The notes under the pieces: generated by a model | Database searches by the model: none | The model's input: only the letters and a program-made list of their open reading frames with translations | Told to the model about the DNA's origin: nothing | Assembly: GCA_030583825.1 (NCBI GenBank) | Contig: CP129477.1 | Coordinates: 138,259 to 202,258 of the forward strand | Direction of reading: 5' to 3' | Source: Candidatus Dojkabacteria bacterium | GTDB taxonomy: Bacteria > Patescibacteriota > Dojkabacteria > GCA-002793355 | Length of the DNA: 64,000 nucleotides | Part shown: positions 10,894 to 19,449 of the stretch, one piece after another | Layout: each line of letters starts with the position of its first letter | Position numbering within the stretch: the stretch's first letter is position 1 | Position numbers and translations under genes: made by a program

Positions 10894-11103
10894 TTATCGA
10901 GATTGATATCTTTCAACCTCTTCGATCACATTATACACAAACTTACCAATGATAGGAACTGTTTTTATTTGAGTAAGAATAAGACCTCCAATAGCCAAAA
11001 GAACCGCTGCACCTAATACAGTACCCAATCCCCATGCGGTTCCACCGACAAAGCCTTCTACTGCAATTCTCTTGAGTGATTTCTTTTCAGAAGTGACCTT
11101 CAT
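10894..11103 (-). CDS. Small membrane protein, a possible pilin/VirB2-like subunit
   Basis: It is 69 aa with a Gly/Ala-rich hydrophobic core (GFVGGTAWGLGTVLGAAVLLAIGGLIL). Its start overlaps the groES stop by 1 nt. Confidence 0.4.
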   Translation of the reverse strand: MKVTSEKKSLKRIAVEGFVGGTAWGLGTVLGAAVLLAIGGLILTQIKTVPIIGKFVYNVIEEVERYQSR

Positions 11104-11390
11104 TATTTTGCTACTTTAGCAAGGATATCCTTTGCTGACAATAGCATGTATTTTTCACCATCAAGCTCGACTTCTGTTCCAGAATAGCGAGAATACACTA
11201 CCCAATCACCTACCTGAAGTCCTTTTTTCTCGATTTTCTTTGAATTTCCTACAGCAAGGATTTCTGCCATAACGGGTGTATGGTCTTCTTTAACATTTTC
11301 TGGAAGGTAAATACCTGACTTTGTCTTTTTCTCAGGCTCTACCTGCTTGATAAGAACTTGATCTGCAAGAGGAATAATTTTGTGGCTCAT
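11103..11390 (-). CDS. groES: Co-chaperonin GroES
   Basis: The 95-aa product aligns by eye across the full length of E. coli GroES, including the mobile-loop region EKKTKSGIYL and the LAVG motif. Confidence 0.9.
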   Translation of the reverse strand: MSHKIIPLADQVLIKQVEPEKKTKSGIYLPENVKEDHTPVMAEILAVGNSKKIEKKGLQVGDWVVYSRYSGTEVELDGEKYMLLSAKDILAKVAK

Positions 11391-11442
11391 AATATCTCTA
11401 TAAACACTTATAATTTATGATAACGTTGTGTAAAGTATAAAC

Positions 11443-11469
11443 TTGGCAGTCTTGAGTGTCAAGTGCTAG
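11443..11469 (-). promoter_or_regulatory. Putative degenerate CIRCE-like inverted repeat (HrcA operator) upstream of groES
   Basis: On the minus strand the sequence is CTAGCACTT-N9-GACTGCCAA, compared with the consensus TTAGCACTC-N9-GAGTGCTAA. That is 14 of 18 positions, with the correct 9-nt spacer. It lies about 50 nt upstream of the groES start. Confidence 0.35.
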
Positions 11470-11539
11470 AGAGTGTTTTTACGTATGCTGCACATAGAAA
11501 TTCATGTATAATACATTGCTTGTACGATATGAACGGAAT

Positions 11540-11628
11540 GGAGAGATGCCAGAGCGGTCGAACGGGCTCCCCTGGAAAGGGAGTATACGAGTTTCGTATC
11601 GAGGGTTCGAATCCCTCTCTCTCCGCCA
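11540..11628 (+). tRNA. tRNA-Ser(GGA), type II with a long variable arm and an encoded CCA
   Basis: The acceptor stem GGAGAGA/TCTCTCC pairs perfectly. The anticodon stem is CTCCC/GGGAG with loop CTGGAAA. The variable arm is 17 nt. The T-loop is GGTTCGAATCC. Confidence 0.85.
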
Positions 11629-11703
11629 GTTGAAAAATGAAGCCATTGACTCACACTCAACGAGGGGATACTCTATATGAAATAATTTAGAGTAAAACAT
11701 AAT

Positions 11704-12126
11704 ATGGCAACAATTAATCCTTATATAAATTTCAACGGAAATGCCGAAGAAGCTTTTATATTTTATAAATCGGTATTTGGTGGAGAATTTACAAAAATCA
11801 CACGGTTCAAAGATCTATTTCCAGTAGCAGAAAATGAGGCGAATAAAATATTCTATATTGCATTACCTATTGGCAAAAATATTTTAATAGCTAACGATGT
11901 TCCAGAAAGTATGGGACGTGTAAACGAAAATGAAAATAGATCAAAAATTTCAATCAGCGCAGAAAGCAAAGAAGAAGCAGATAGATTATTCAACGGTCTT
12001 TCGGCTGGTGGGAAAGTAGAAATGCCAATTGCTGATAGCCCTTGGGGTTCCTATTTCGGAATGTTTAGAGACAAATACGGAATTGAATGGACGGTAGAGT
12101 TCAAGCCAACAGAAGCGGATAGCTAA
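11704..12126 (+). CDS. Glyoxalase/VOC-superfamily protein (PhnB-like)
   Basis: The 140-aa product begins MATINPYINFNG, which is typical of PhnB/VOC family proteins. Confidence 0.6.
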   Translation: MATINPYINFNGNAEEAFIFYKSVFGGEFTKITRFKDLFPVAENEANKIFYIALPIGKNILIANDVPESMGRVNENENRSKISISAESKEEADRLFNGLSAGGKVEMPIADSPWGSYFGMFRDKYGIEWTVEFKPTEADS

Positions 12127-12141
12127 AAACTATCCGGCTTT

Positions 12142-13056
12142 GTGGTAGAATTAATAATGAAAAATATATCACGCTATTTAAGCATCTTATTTCCTTTAAC
12201 AATCGCGATAGGCGTTGGATATTATTTTGTGACACACTCACCCTTAGCTGGATTAAGTCTACTCTATTTGGCATTTGTCTATATGCCTGCTCCTTTTTAC
12301 TCATTACTACTCTTACGTTTGATTTATAAAGAAAAAGTAGAATACTCAAAGTTTCTCAGTATTAAAACAATAAAGATTAAAGATATTCTTTTTACAATTG
12401 GGATTTTCCTCACTTGGGTAGTTTCTCTATTTGTTTTAACCATTATTTTAGGGATAATTGCCCCAGATATCTTTGGCAAGTTAGTAACTACAAATGCAGA
12501 ATTATTGGAGATAGTTACAAAGATGGTTGGGCCGGAATTAGCCAAGAGTGCTAAATTACCGCCTACTCCATTTCTTTTAATTCCTATTGGTCTTGTCGGA
12601 GCGATAGTTTCGGGTTTTACAATAAATATGATCTTTGCGTTAGGTGAAGAAATTGCATGGAGAGGATATTTATGGACGCAGCTTAAAGAGCTGCCCTTTT
12701 TTAAAAAGCATTTATTAATCGGTGGATTATGGGGATTATGGCACGCATCTGTTATCATTCAAGGGTATAACTACGGAACTGATTACGCATGGGTCGGCGT
12801 TATATTCTTTATTCTTTTCTGCGCAGTATTTTCATTACTCTTTGGTGTATTAATTGAGAAAACACACAATGCTCTCTATGCGGCTGTATTACATGGCATG
12901 TTTAACGGATTTGCTGGCATTTTTGTGATTATGATAATTAATTACAATCCTTTTATCGGCGGAGGTATTGGTATTGTCTCTATGCTAGCAATTTTGTTGA
13001 GCTTTGCATTACTTAGGTTTTCTCAGGCTTGGACAAATAATAAAATGGTAAAATAA
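12142..13056 (+). CDS. CPBP-family intramembrane metalloprotease (CAAX protease/Abi family)
   Basis: It is a multi-TM protein with the motifs [14 protein letters not shown] and HGMFN, matching the family pattern EExxxR / FxxxH / HxxxN. Confidence 0.75.
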   Translation: MVELIMKNISRYLSILFPLTIAIGVGYYFVTHSPLAGLSLLYLAFVYMPAPFYSLLLLRLIYKEKVEYSKFLSIKTIKIKDILFTIGIFLTWVVSLFVLTIILGIIAPDIFGKLVTTNAELLEIVTKMVGPELAKSAKLPPTPFLLIPIGLVGAIVSGFTINMIFALGEEIAWRGYLWTQLKELPFFKKHLLIGGLWGLWHASVIIQGYNYGTDYAWVGVIFFILFCAVFSLLFGVLIEKTHNALYAAVLHGMFNGFAGIFVIMIINYNPFIGGGIGIVSMLAILLSFALLRFSQAWTNNKMVK

Positions 13057-13060
13057 CACA

Positions 13061-13432
13061 ATGAGAGAAACAGATTCTTCGAAAAAACATCGCATCTATA
13101 CAATGAGCTTTGCAGGTGTGTATCCACACTACATTACCAAGGCAGAGAAAAAGAGACGCACAAAGGCCGAAGTTGACGAAATTATAAGATGGTTGATGGG
13201 ATATAGCCAAAAAGAGCTAGAGGTGTTACTCAAAGATCAAACAGACATTGAGACCTTTGTGACAAAGGCCCCTCAATTAAATCCGTCGAGGGCTTTAATT
13301 AAAGGAATCATCTGTGGTGTACGCGTTGAAGATATTGAAGATCCTGTAATGCAGGGTGTCCGCTATTTAGATAAGCTCATTGATGAGCTTGCAAAAGGGA
13401 GACCTATGCAAAAGATCTTGCGAAAGGAATAG
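13061..13432 (+). CDS. DUF2200-family protein
   Basis: The N-terminus [37 protein letters not shown] matches my recollection of the DUF2200 signature. Confidence 0.45.
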   Translation: MRETDSSKKHRIYTMSFAGVYPHYITKAEKKRRTKAEVDEIIRWLMGYSQKELEVLLKDQTDIETFVTKAPQLNPSRALIKGIICGVRVEDIEDPVMQGVRYLDKLIDELAKGRPMQKILRKE

Positions 13433-13471
13433 GTCTTCAACTATTATCTCTTTGAATTTAGTGTAAGTTTC

Positions 13472-13927
13472 ATGGGCACTCTTTTCTATACATTTCGAAC
13501 ATTTCCGACTCTTCTATTGAGTTCATTGGAGTTACAAAACGCGCCATTTATTTTCGGCAATCTAAAACAGGATCTGATAAATTTTCAAGATTCTTTTACC
13601 AAACATCGTCCGACACAGATTATTGGATTTGCAAAAGGTAGCTATTCACGTTTCGAGACAATAACAATTAATCATTTTGGTAGAAATAAACGCGTATTAG
13701 CAACAGACATAGAATCATATGTTTTACATTTCCCTCACAATGGATTCGGAAATATAAAACTTTCTAGGCGCCCAACTAATACATTTTGTAATTGGACAAT
13801 GTTTCAAATTGCTCACATTGCCAAGCCACTCAATATACCAGTACAATTCATTCATATTGCCCCTAAAGATATTTTAGACCTAAAAGACTTTTTAAAGTCA
13901 CAATATAATGAAAGTGTTGAATACTAA
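13472..13927 (+). CDS. Possible pyroglutamyl-peptidase I (C15)-like protein that is diverged or short
   Basis: TNTFCNWTMF resembles the catalytic-Cys motif and VQFIHIAP resembles the GFIHVP His motif. The N-terminal region is atypical and the protein is only 151 aa. Confidence 0.3.
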   Translation: MGTLFYTFRTFPTLLLSSLELQNAPFIFGNLKQDLINFQDSFTKHRPTQIIGFAKGSYSRFETITINHFGRNKRVLATDIESYVLHFPHNGFGNIKLSRRPTNTFCNWTMFQIAHIAKPLNIPVQFIHIAPKDILDLKDFLKSQYNESVEY

Positions 13928-15344
13928 ACAACTTCTTCTTTTTACAGGTGGACTTATCATTATGGTTGTTTCACTCCCACTTGTTCTTGCATACGCAGGA
14001 TTTTTATTTATGTTATTAGCTCCATCAGAAAAAGTGCTTACCTACTACCTTCAAGCAACAACTCTATCTACAGACAAAAATATAGAGACATTGATTAATA
14101 ATTACATAACCCAAAATAACGGACTGCCACTTCTTTATAAAAACTTGCTTCCACCGATTACGATTTCCGAAGTTAAAGAAACTGAAGCTGAAACACGCGG
14201 TTACAATCTGACATATTTGAGTGACAACCTTCCTGAAAATACCGTTGCGCATGTAAGTCTTCCTTCATCGGGTAAACAAAAAATTAAAAAAACGCTTATA
14301 ACGCTGGGATTAACAAAAACAAGTGTAGAACTGGAATCACGTTCCATAATTGAGTATCCAAAACATGGAGAAGTGGTCGTAGGAGCATCACCGCAAGAGC
14401 AAATCTCAGAAAAAACAACAGAGATATTTACTCAAGCCAGAGAATTATTCTTCGCAGAGAAAAAAGAAGAACTTGCGCAAATAATGAGTGATGCCAATAT
14501 AGATATTACAAGCATTTCTGAGGATGTAAAAGCTGCACTAAAAGAATCTACAGTAGCAAGTATCGAATATAAAGAGACGCTTGAGCCTGAGAATGGAATT
14601 ACCGTAATAGGCCACCTAACCATTCATCGTGCAAACTGTAATACCACAGGAACAATAGAGATATTTTATGACTTTAATACGCAGACCTATCGTCTTTCGA
14701 ATATTCTTTCAGCAGCTGAAGAGCTCTGTGTGCCAAAACGAAGCAACTATGGAGGTATTATTGTCAGTTGCCGGAACTGTATATACGCTCCAATTGGAAG
14801 AAGCTATGCATTGCCTGCTTCGTACATTCCTCCATTGGTAAAAACATTACTCCCAGGAGGAGGTGCAGTAACCCCAGATACAAAAAAGGCTCTTACATTG
14901 TTGTTTAATGATGCCTCTGCAAATGGGATTACTCTTACCGTGCGATCTTCGTATCGCTCGTATGAAACACAGGTTACTACATTCGAATCATACGTACAAA
15001 ATGAAATAGCATCAGGAAAAACACGAGCGCAAGCAGAAGCTGCTGCAAATACATATTCTGCCCGTCCAGGCCATTCAGAGCACCAGCTTGGCACCACAAT
15101 AGACGTAAAAGACGGCGAAAGGGTCTACGACTACATTGCAAAGAATGCTGTTACATTTGGATTTATTGTTTCGTATCCATACAATTGTAAAGCGTTCACC
15201 GGCTATGTCTACGAGCCATGGCATATTCGATACGTCGGAACAAAAATTGCGGCAGAAATGAGCACAAAAGGCTATTTACAATGCTCACAAGGGCGTTTCC
15301 CTGCAAAATATCTAGAAGAGATAAAACTTTACGAGAATATGTAA
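13908..15344 (+). CDS. Membrane-anchored D-Ala-D-Ala carboxypeptidase of the VanY/M15B family
   Basis: It has an N-terminal TM helix. The C-terminal domain has SEHQLGTTIDV (the SxHxxGxAxD pattern) and EPWHIRY. Confidence 0.7.
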   Translation: MKVLNTKQLLLFTGGLIIMVVSLPLVLAYAGFLFMLLAPSEKVLTYYLQATTLSTDKNIETLINNYITQNNGLPLLYKNLLPPITISEVKETEAETRGYNLTYLSDNLPENTVAHVSLPSSGKQKIKKTLITLGLTKTSVELESRSIIEYPKHGEVVVGASPQEQISEKTTEIFTQARELFFAEKKEELAQIMSDANIDITSISEDVKAALKESTVASIEYKETLEPENGITVIGHLTIHRANCNTTGTIEIFYDFNTQTYRLSNILSAAEELCVPKRSNYGGIIVSCRNCIYAPIGRSYALPASYIPPLVKTLLPGGGAVTPDTKKALTLLFNDASANGITLTVRSSYRSYETQVTTFESYVQNEIASGKTRAQAEAAANTYSARPGHSEHQLGTTIDVKDGERVYDYIAKNAVTFGFIVSYPYNCKAFTGYVYEPWHIRYVGTKIAAEMSTKGYLQCSQGRFPAKYLEEIKLYENM

Positions 15345-15937
15345 ATATATTCCACAATTTGCGCGATTACTTTACCGACATTTGCGTTTGCAGAATATGG
15401 AGCAATCGAATACTTTCCACTCGCGAACGATAAATATATATTTCCTTCTGTTGCAATGGATGTGGCTACACAAAGAAGAATTCCTTTTCTTTCTGGAAAA
15501 TCTTCAGAAACTGTGAGATTGTTAACATCCGACATATCCAACGCGAATAGAGAATCTTTTCCATATGTATGCACTGCTGGTAATGATGGACTAAAGAAAT
15601 ATGGAGTTCTCTGAATTGCAGATGAAATAGAATCACCATGCAATGGTAACTCTTTTATTAATGGAACTAACGTATTGTTTGTATGATACACTGGAGATGA
15701 ATCGTGAAGTTCCGGCGACGAGGAATCAAATTCCATAAAGAATACGCCTGCAGGAACATGCAATGCTTCGGCAATTTCGAGTATTTTCTGTAAAGGAGAA
15801 GATTTACCTCTTTCGTATCGGCTGATCATTTCCCATGTTACTCCAACTTTTTCTGCAAGCTCCTGTTGTGAATATCCTCTTTCAACTCTCAGACGCTTAA
15901 TAACCTTCCCTATTTGCAATAAATTCATGATACCCAT
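15329..15937 (-). CDS. XRE-family HTH transcriptional repressor with a C-terminal S24 (LexA/CI-like) peptidase-like domain
   Basis: The N-terminal HTH reads YSQQELAEKVGVTWEMISRYERGKSSP. The C-terminal approximately 110 aa follow the S24 pattern, with a candidate Ser near the residues LDMSD and a candidate Lys in SGKYSIA. Confidence 0.55.
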   Translation of the reverse strand: MGIMNLLQIGKVIKRLRVERGYSQQELAEKVGVTWEMISRYERGKSSPLQKILEIAEALHVPAGVFFMEFDSSSPELHDSSPVYHTNNTLVPLIKELPLHGDSISSAIQRTPYFFSPSLPAVHTYGKDSLFALDMSDVNNLTVSEDFPERKGILLCVATSIATEGNIYLSFASGKYSIAPYSANANVGKVIAQIVEYIYIFS

Positions 15938-16037
15938 TGTATGAAATGGGAGCTAATTATCCCATGAACTACCGTTTCTTACCAAGACTTTACAATACAT
16001 AGTTGAAACCAATGTTTTTTATAGGTACAATAGATAT

Positions 16038-16232
16038 ATGACATCAGATTCTATATATTCAAAAAGATCTCTCTTAATTCACGACTATTTTTTGATTTTG
16101 AGAACGTTTGAAACCCTCTTTCCACAATTAATGCAGGAGTCACATACAGTACTGACGAAACGGGATATCAAAAAGAAAATTGCAGAAGTCCGAAAGCTTC
16201 TGGACATACTTTCTCGAAAAATTGACAGCTAA
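16038..16232 (+). CDS. Small hypothetical ORF (64 aa) divergent from the XRE repressor gene
   Basis: This is ORF-only evidence with no recognisable motif. Confidence 0.2.
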   Translation: MTSDSIYSKRSLLIHDYFLILRTFETLFPQLMQESHTVLTKRDIKKKIAEVRKLLDILSRKIDS

Positions 16233-16258
16233 GGAATACACGAGATTACCACAAAGTA

Positions 16259-18175
16259 TTAGTTTTGTTGGGCAACACTTACACTTATATCTACTCTTGA
16301 TTCTTCTTTTGGAACATACCTCAAAAAGTCAGGCATCCACGTTGGGTAAAAGATAATATTTGGAGTTGTTGCGAGAGTATCAATTGCAGAGACGGTTGCA
16401 AGCATTTCCGGCCATTTCTTCCCTGCGATATCGGATCGAAGTTGTTCAACATTCAATCGTGGTGTCACTAAGGCAGAAGCACTAAGTACAAAGGTCACTT
16501 TATCGTCTGTTCCAACTGTTGTTTTTTCAGTCTTTATATCTCGCTGGTCAATGAGTAAGTCAACATCAGAGTTGATTGTCTTATTTAGTTTGTATTTATC
16601 GCCAAGAAATCTTTCTGCAAGCTTTTCATATGATTCTTGGTGGTAATAGTACGCCGTTGCAGTAGTTTTCATTTCAAGAAAAGCCTGTGTTGTTTCAGTT
16701 CCTACAGCTGGGTTTACAACTGGTGTACCGTCAACTTCGCTCTTAAATGATTCCACTATAAAAACGTATCCGTTGTTTTGATTCTTAAATTGCAAGTCTG
16801 ATTTGAGTTGCTCAAAAAGTTCCTTCTTTAGTTGATCAACAGCATCGTCTACATCCTGCTTGCTAAGAACTTTGAATGTTCTCTTTGTTCCGCCTGTAAA
16901 TGCTGCTGCATTTTCTCCTGTTAATGTTGGAAAACCAGCTACTGAATATCCTGTTGTTGGTGTAAGGTTATATTCTTCGCCGAAATCTGCAGCAACAATT
17001 CCTACACTTGAGCTTAAAGAAGGAGGAACATTAATTTCTGCCTGAGTAATGAATTTAAGACCACCAGAGCTTGTGACAGTGGTACCGGCTGGAACTTGTA
17101 TAAATCCTGGGCCAGGATTGCCTTCAATGGTAATAGTTCCGGTTGCTTTTGTTCCATCAACTCCATCACCTGTTGCATTGATATTTACTGATCCACGTTG
17201 TTCTGCACGCTCTTTAATAAGCTGAAATTCTTTTTTATTGACATCAAATCCAGTTACGGCAGTTGTTGCCACAACCGTTTCATTAATTTCGACTTTGTCA
17301 GACACAACTTTCAATTCGATTCGTAATCTTGGGAAAAAGAGATAGTATACAAGAAACATTCCACCAAAAAGTATTAATAACCCGGCACCAATAACTCCAG
17401 CAATGCGAAGCATTGCCTTCGATGAGCCGGCAGGTTTTGCCGGCGCTAATGTTTCAAATCCATCGTTGTCAGACGCTGTTTGCGTTGGCGGTGTTTTCTT
17501 TCTAAATAGAGACGCAAACGGCCCTGGTTGGGATTTGGCAACAACCTTAGAAACATCCATTCCCATAATTCCATATCCACCAGGAATTCGGTCTTCTTCG
17601 TTTACCTTAGGAGGTCGCAATCGTATGGGAGCTTCTACTTCTGGATCAGCCTCATCACTCTCGCTTTTTGCCTCATTATCTCGAGTTGCAGCCAAAGGCT
17701 TTATATCTTCGTCATCTTTTGAAGCATCCACCGTTCGTCCTCCGACGATAACTTCGGGTGCATCATCCTTTTCTTCTTTAGCTGTTTCCTTTGATTCTTT
17801 CTCAACTTTGTCTTCTTTTTCATCTTTTTTCGAGTTTAAACCTACCTGGCTCTGATGAAGCTCGTCTAATTCTTCCTGTCCTTTTGCCCACATATTTGGA
17901 GTAACATCGGACTGATTAGTGACAACAATATTTCCTGCATCTGAGGCAAGCTGAGCATATTTCTTATTTGGGGCAACCAACACAAGGTTTTTACCCAATG
18001 CCAACGCCTTTCTCTTGAGCGTCTTTAATCCTACAGGGCTGTTGATAAGGTCATTTCCTTCAGGCAAAACAAGAAGGATATTTGTTCCATCTGCCTTTTT
18101 AATAGTATCAACAACGATATTAATATCGTCATCAATAGTTGCATTTACTTTTATCACTTCTGTTTTTTTTGCCAT
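16259..18175 (-). CDS. Hypothetical bitopic membrane protein (638 aa) with a cytoplasmic N-domain, an acidic low-complexity linker, a TM helix, and an extracellular domain of about 350 aa
   Basis: There is a TM helix near residue 265 (MLRIAGVIGAGLLILFGGMFLVYYLFF). The gene starts 2 nt after the upstream FtsA-like gene. No domain was recognised. Confidence 0.5.
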   Translation of the reverse strand: MAKKTEVIKVNATIDDDINIVVDTIKKADGTNILLVLPEGNDLINSPVGLKTLKRKALALGKNLVLVAPNKKYAQLASDAGNIVVTNQSDVTPNMWAKGQEELDELHQSQVGLNSKKDEKEDKVEKESKETAKEEKDDAPEVIVGGRTVDASKDDEDIKPLAATRDNEAKSESDEADPEVEAPIRLRPPKVNEEDRIPGGYGIMGMDVSKVVAKSQPGPFASLFRKKTPPTQTASDNDGFETLAPAKPAGSSKAMLRIAGVIGAGLLILFGGMFLVYYLFFPRLRIELKVVSDKVEINETVVATTAVTGFDVNKKEFQLIKERAEQRGSVNINATGDGVDGTKATGTITIEGNPGPGFIQVPAGTTVTSSGGLKFITQAEINVPPSLSSSVGIVAADFGEEYNLTPTTGYSVAGFPTLTGENAAAFTGGTKRTFKVLSKQDVDDAVDQLKKELFEQLKSDLQFKNQNNGYVFIVESFKSEVDGTPVVNPAVGTETTQAFLEMKTTATAYYYHQESYEKLAERFLGDKYKLNKTINSDVDLLIDQRDIKTEKTTVGTDDKVTFVLSASALVTPRLNVEQLRSDIAGKKWPEMLATVSAIDTLATTPNIIFYPTWMPDFLRYVPKEESRVDISVSVAQQN

Positions 18176-18177
18176 AG

Positions 18178-19434
18178 TTAATAATCACCCAAATAATTAA
18201 AGTGGGGCTTTTTCAGTACTTCCCAATAAAAACGGGCAAGTGACGCAGGAGTAACATCATAAGGATTAACAAGTAACCCGCTTTTATCATAGACTCTATC
18301 CAGTTTATCTGGAGTTACGAGCTGAACTTTCGGAATTCTTTTGAACGGTAATCGTTTATACCATGGATACGCCAAAATTGCTTCTTTTAAATCTGGAAGC
18401 ATCGCACCACCACCACACATATAAAACTGTGCAGGATATTGCTTTACATTTTCAAGATCTTCCAGCGCAACTTCAAGTGCTTCTACCCACAACGAAACAT
18501 CTGTAGAAAGACTTCTTCTGACTTCGTCACGCATGTCTAGTGGTAATTCGCCTAGCGAGTACTTAATTTTTCGTCCTTCTGCAACATTAAAGCTTGCATC
18601 CATTGATTGAGAGATTCGTTTTGTAAATGCACGACCTCCAAAGGCGTACATTTTTGTTTGAATATGGTTTCCATTCTGCACCAGAGCAACGTCAGTTGTT
18701 CCACCACCGACATCAATAAAAATGCCGGAAAAATTGTGATCTGCACTTCCTGAAAATGCTCGCGAAACTGCAAAAGGCTGAGTAACAATAGATGCAATGC
18801 CAAGCTCAAGCTCCTTTGAAAGCTTTCTCAGTGTATCAATATAAGGCTTTGGTGCAAAAGATGCGTACAAATAAAGCTGAATTTCTTGTGGAGATGTGCC
18901 TTCAAGTTGTGGAACGGCAATACCATCTGCCCCAAGGCCAGTTACTGTAATTTGTAATACTTCAACTTGATCTTCAGTTTCACCTAATCGTTTAGCAAGC
19001 TCAGCTTTTCCATTTTCTAAAATATCAGAAATGACAGAGTTAATAATAAGCTGTGCTTCCTGATCTGAAATTTTCTTGCCAGCAGCACGTCCGCGGTCAT
19101 ATTGCACATTAATAGTAATTCCGTTAATCAATTCTCCTGCCATTCCTAGAACCATTCGTCGTGGTCTGTCTTCAGGATCAACTGCGTCTGCAAGCTTTTG
19201 CACAACTAACCGTGCATTTTCAAGAACTGTTTCTTCGTTAAGAATAACACCGCTTCGCATGGCATGAGTCTGCTGTTTTACCTGATACGAATACCAGACA
19301 TCAACACCAAGATCATTCATAGAAAATAAAAGGCCTTTAAGTACCTCGGTACCGATATCAAGTGAAATCAGATACTTCTCTTCTTTTTTCTCTTTTGGCT
19401 TTTCTTTCTGTCCAAAAAGCGGAAACAGTTTCAT
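18178..19434 (-). CDS. Actin-like ATPase of the FtsA/PilM type, more FtsA-like
   Basis: A phosphate-1-like motif ISLDIGTEVLKGLLF is present. The fold pattern and the 418-aa length resemble FtsA. No ftsZ is adjacent. Confidence 0.5.
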   Translation of the reverse strand: MKLFPLFGQKEKPKEKKEEKYLISLDIGTEVLKGLLFSMNDLGVDVWYSYQVKQQTHAMRSGVILNEETVLENARLVVQKLADAVDPEDRPRRMVLGMAGELINGITINVQYDRGRAAGKKISDQEAQLIINSVISDILENGKAELAKRLGETEDQVEVLQITVTGLGADGIAVPQLEGTSPQEIQLYLYASFAPKPYIDTLRKLSKELELGIASIVTQPFAVSRAFSGSADHNFSGIFIDVGGGTTDVALVQNGNHIQTKMYAFGGRAFTKRISQSMDASFNVAEGRKIKYSLGELPLDMRDEVRRSLSTDVSLWVEALEVALEDLENVKQYPAQFYMCGGGAMLPDLKEAILAYPWYKRLPFKRIPKVQLVTPDKLDRVYDKSGLLVNPYDVTPASLARFYWEVLKKPHFNYLGDY

Positions 19435-19449
19435 GAATCTAGTATAGCA

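Noticed and set aside
11479-11700. A 73-aa minus-strand ORF.
   Set aside because: It completely overlaps tRNA-Ser(GGA) and its flanks and is spurious.
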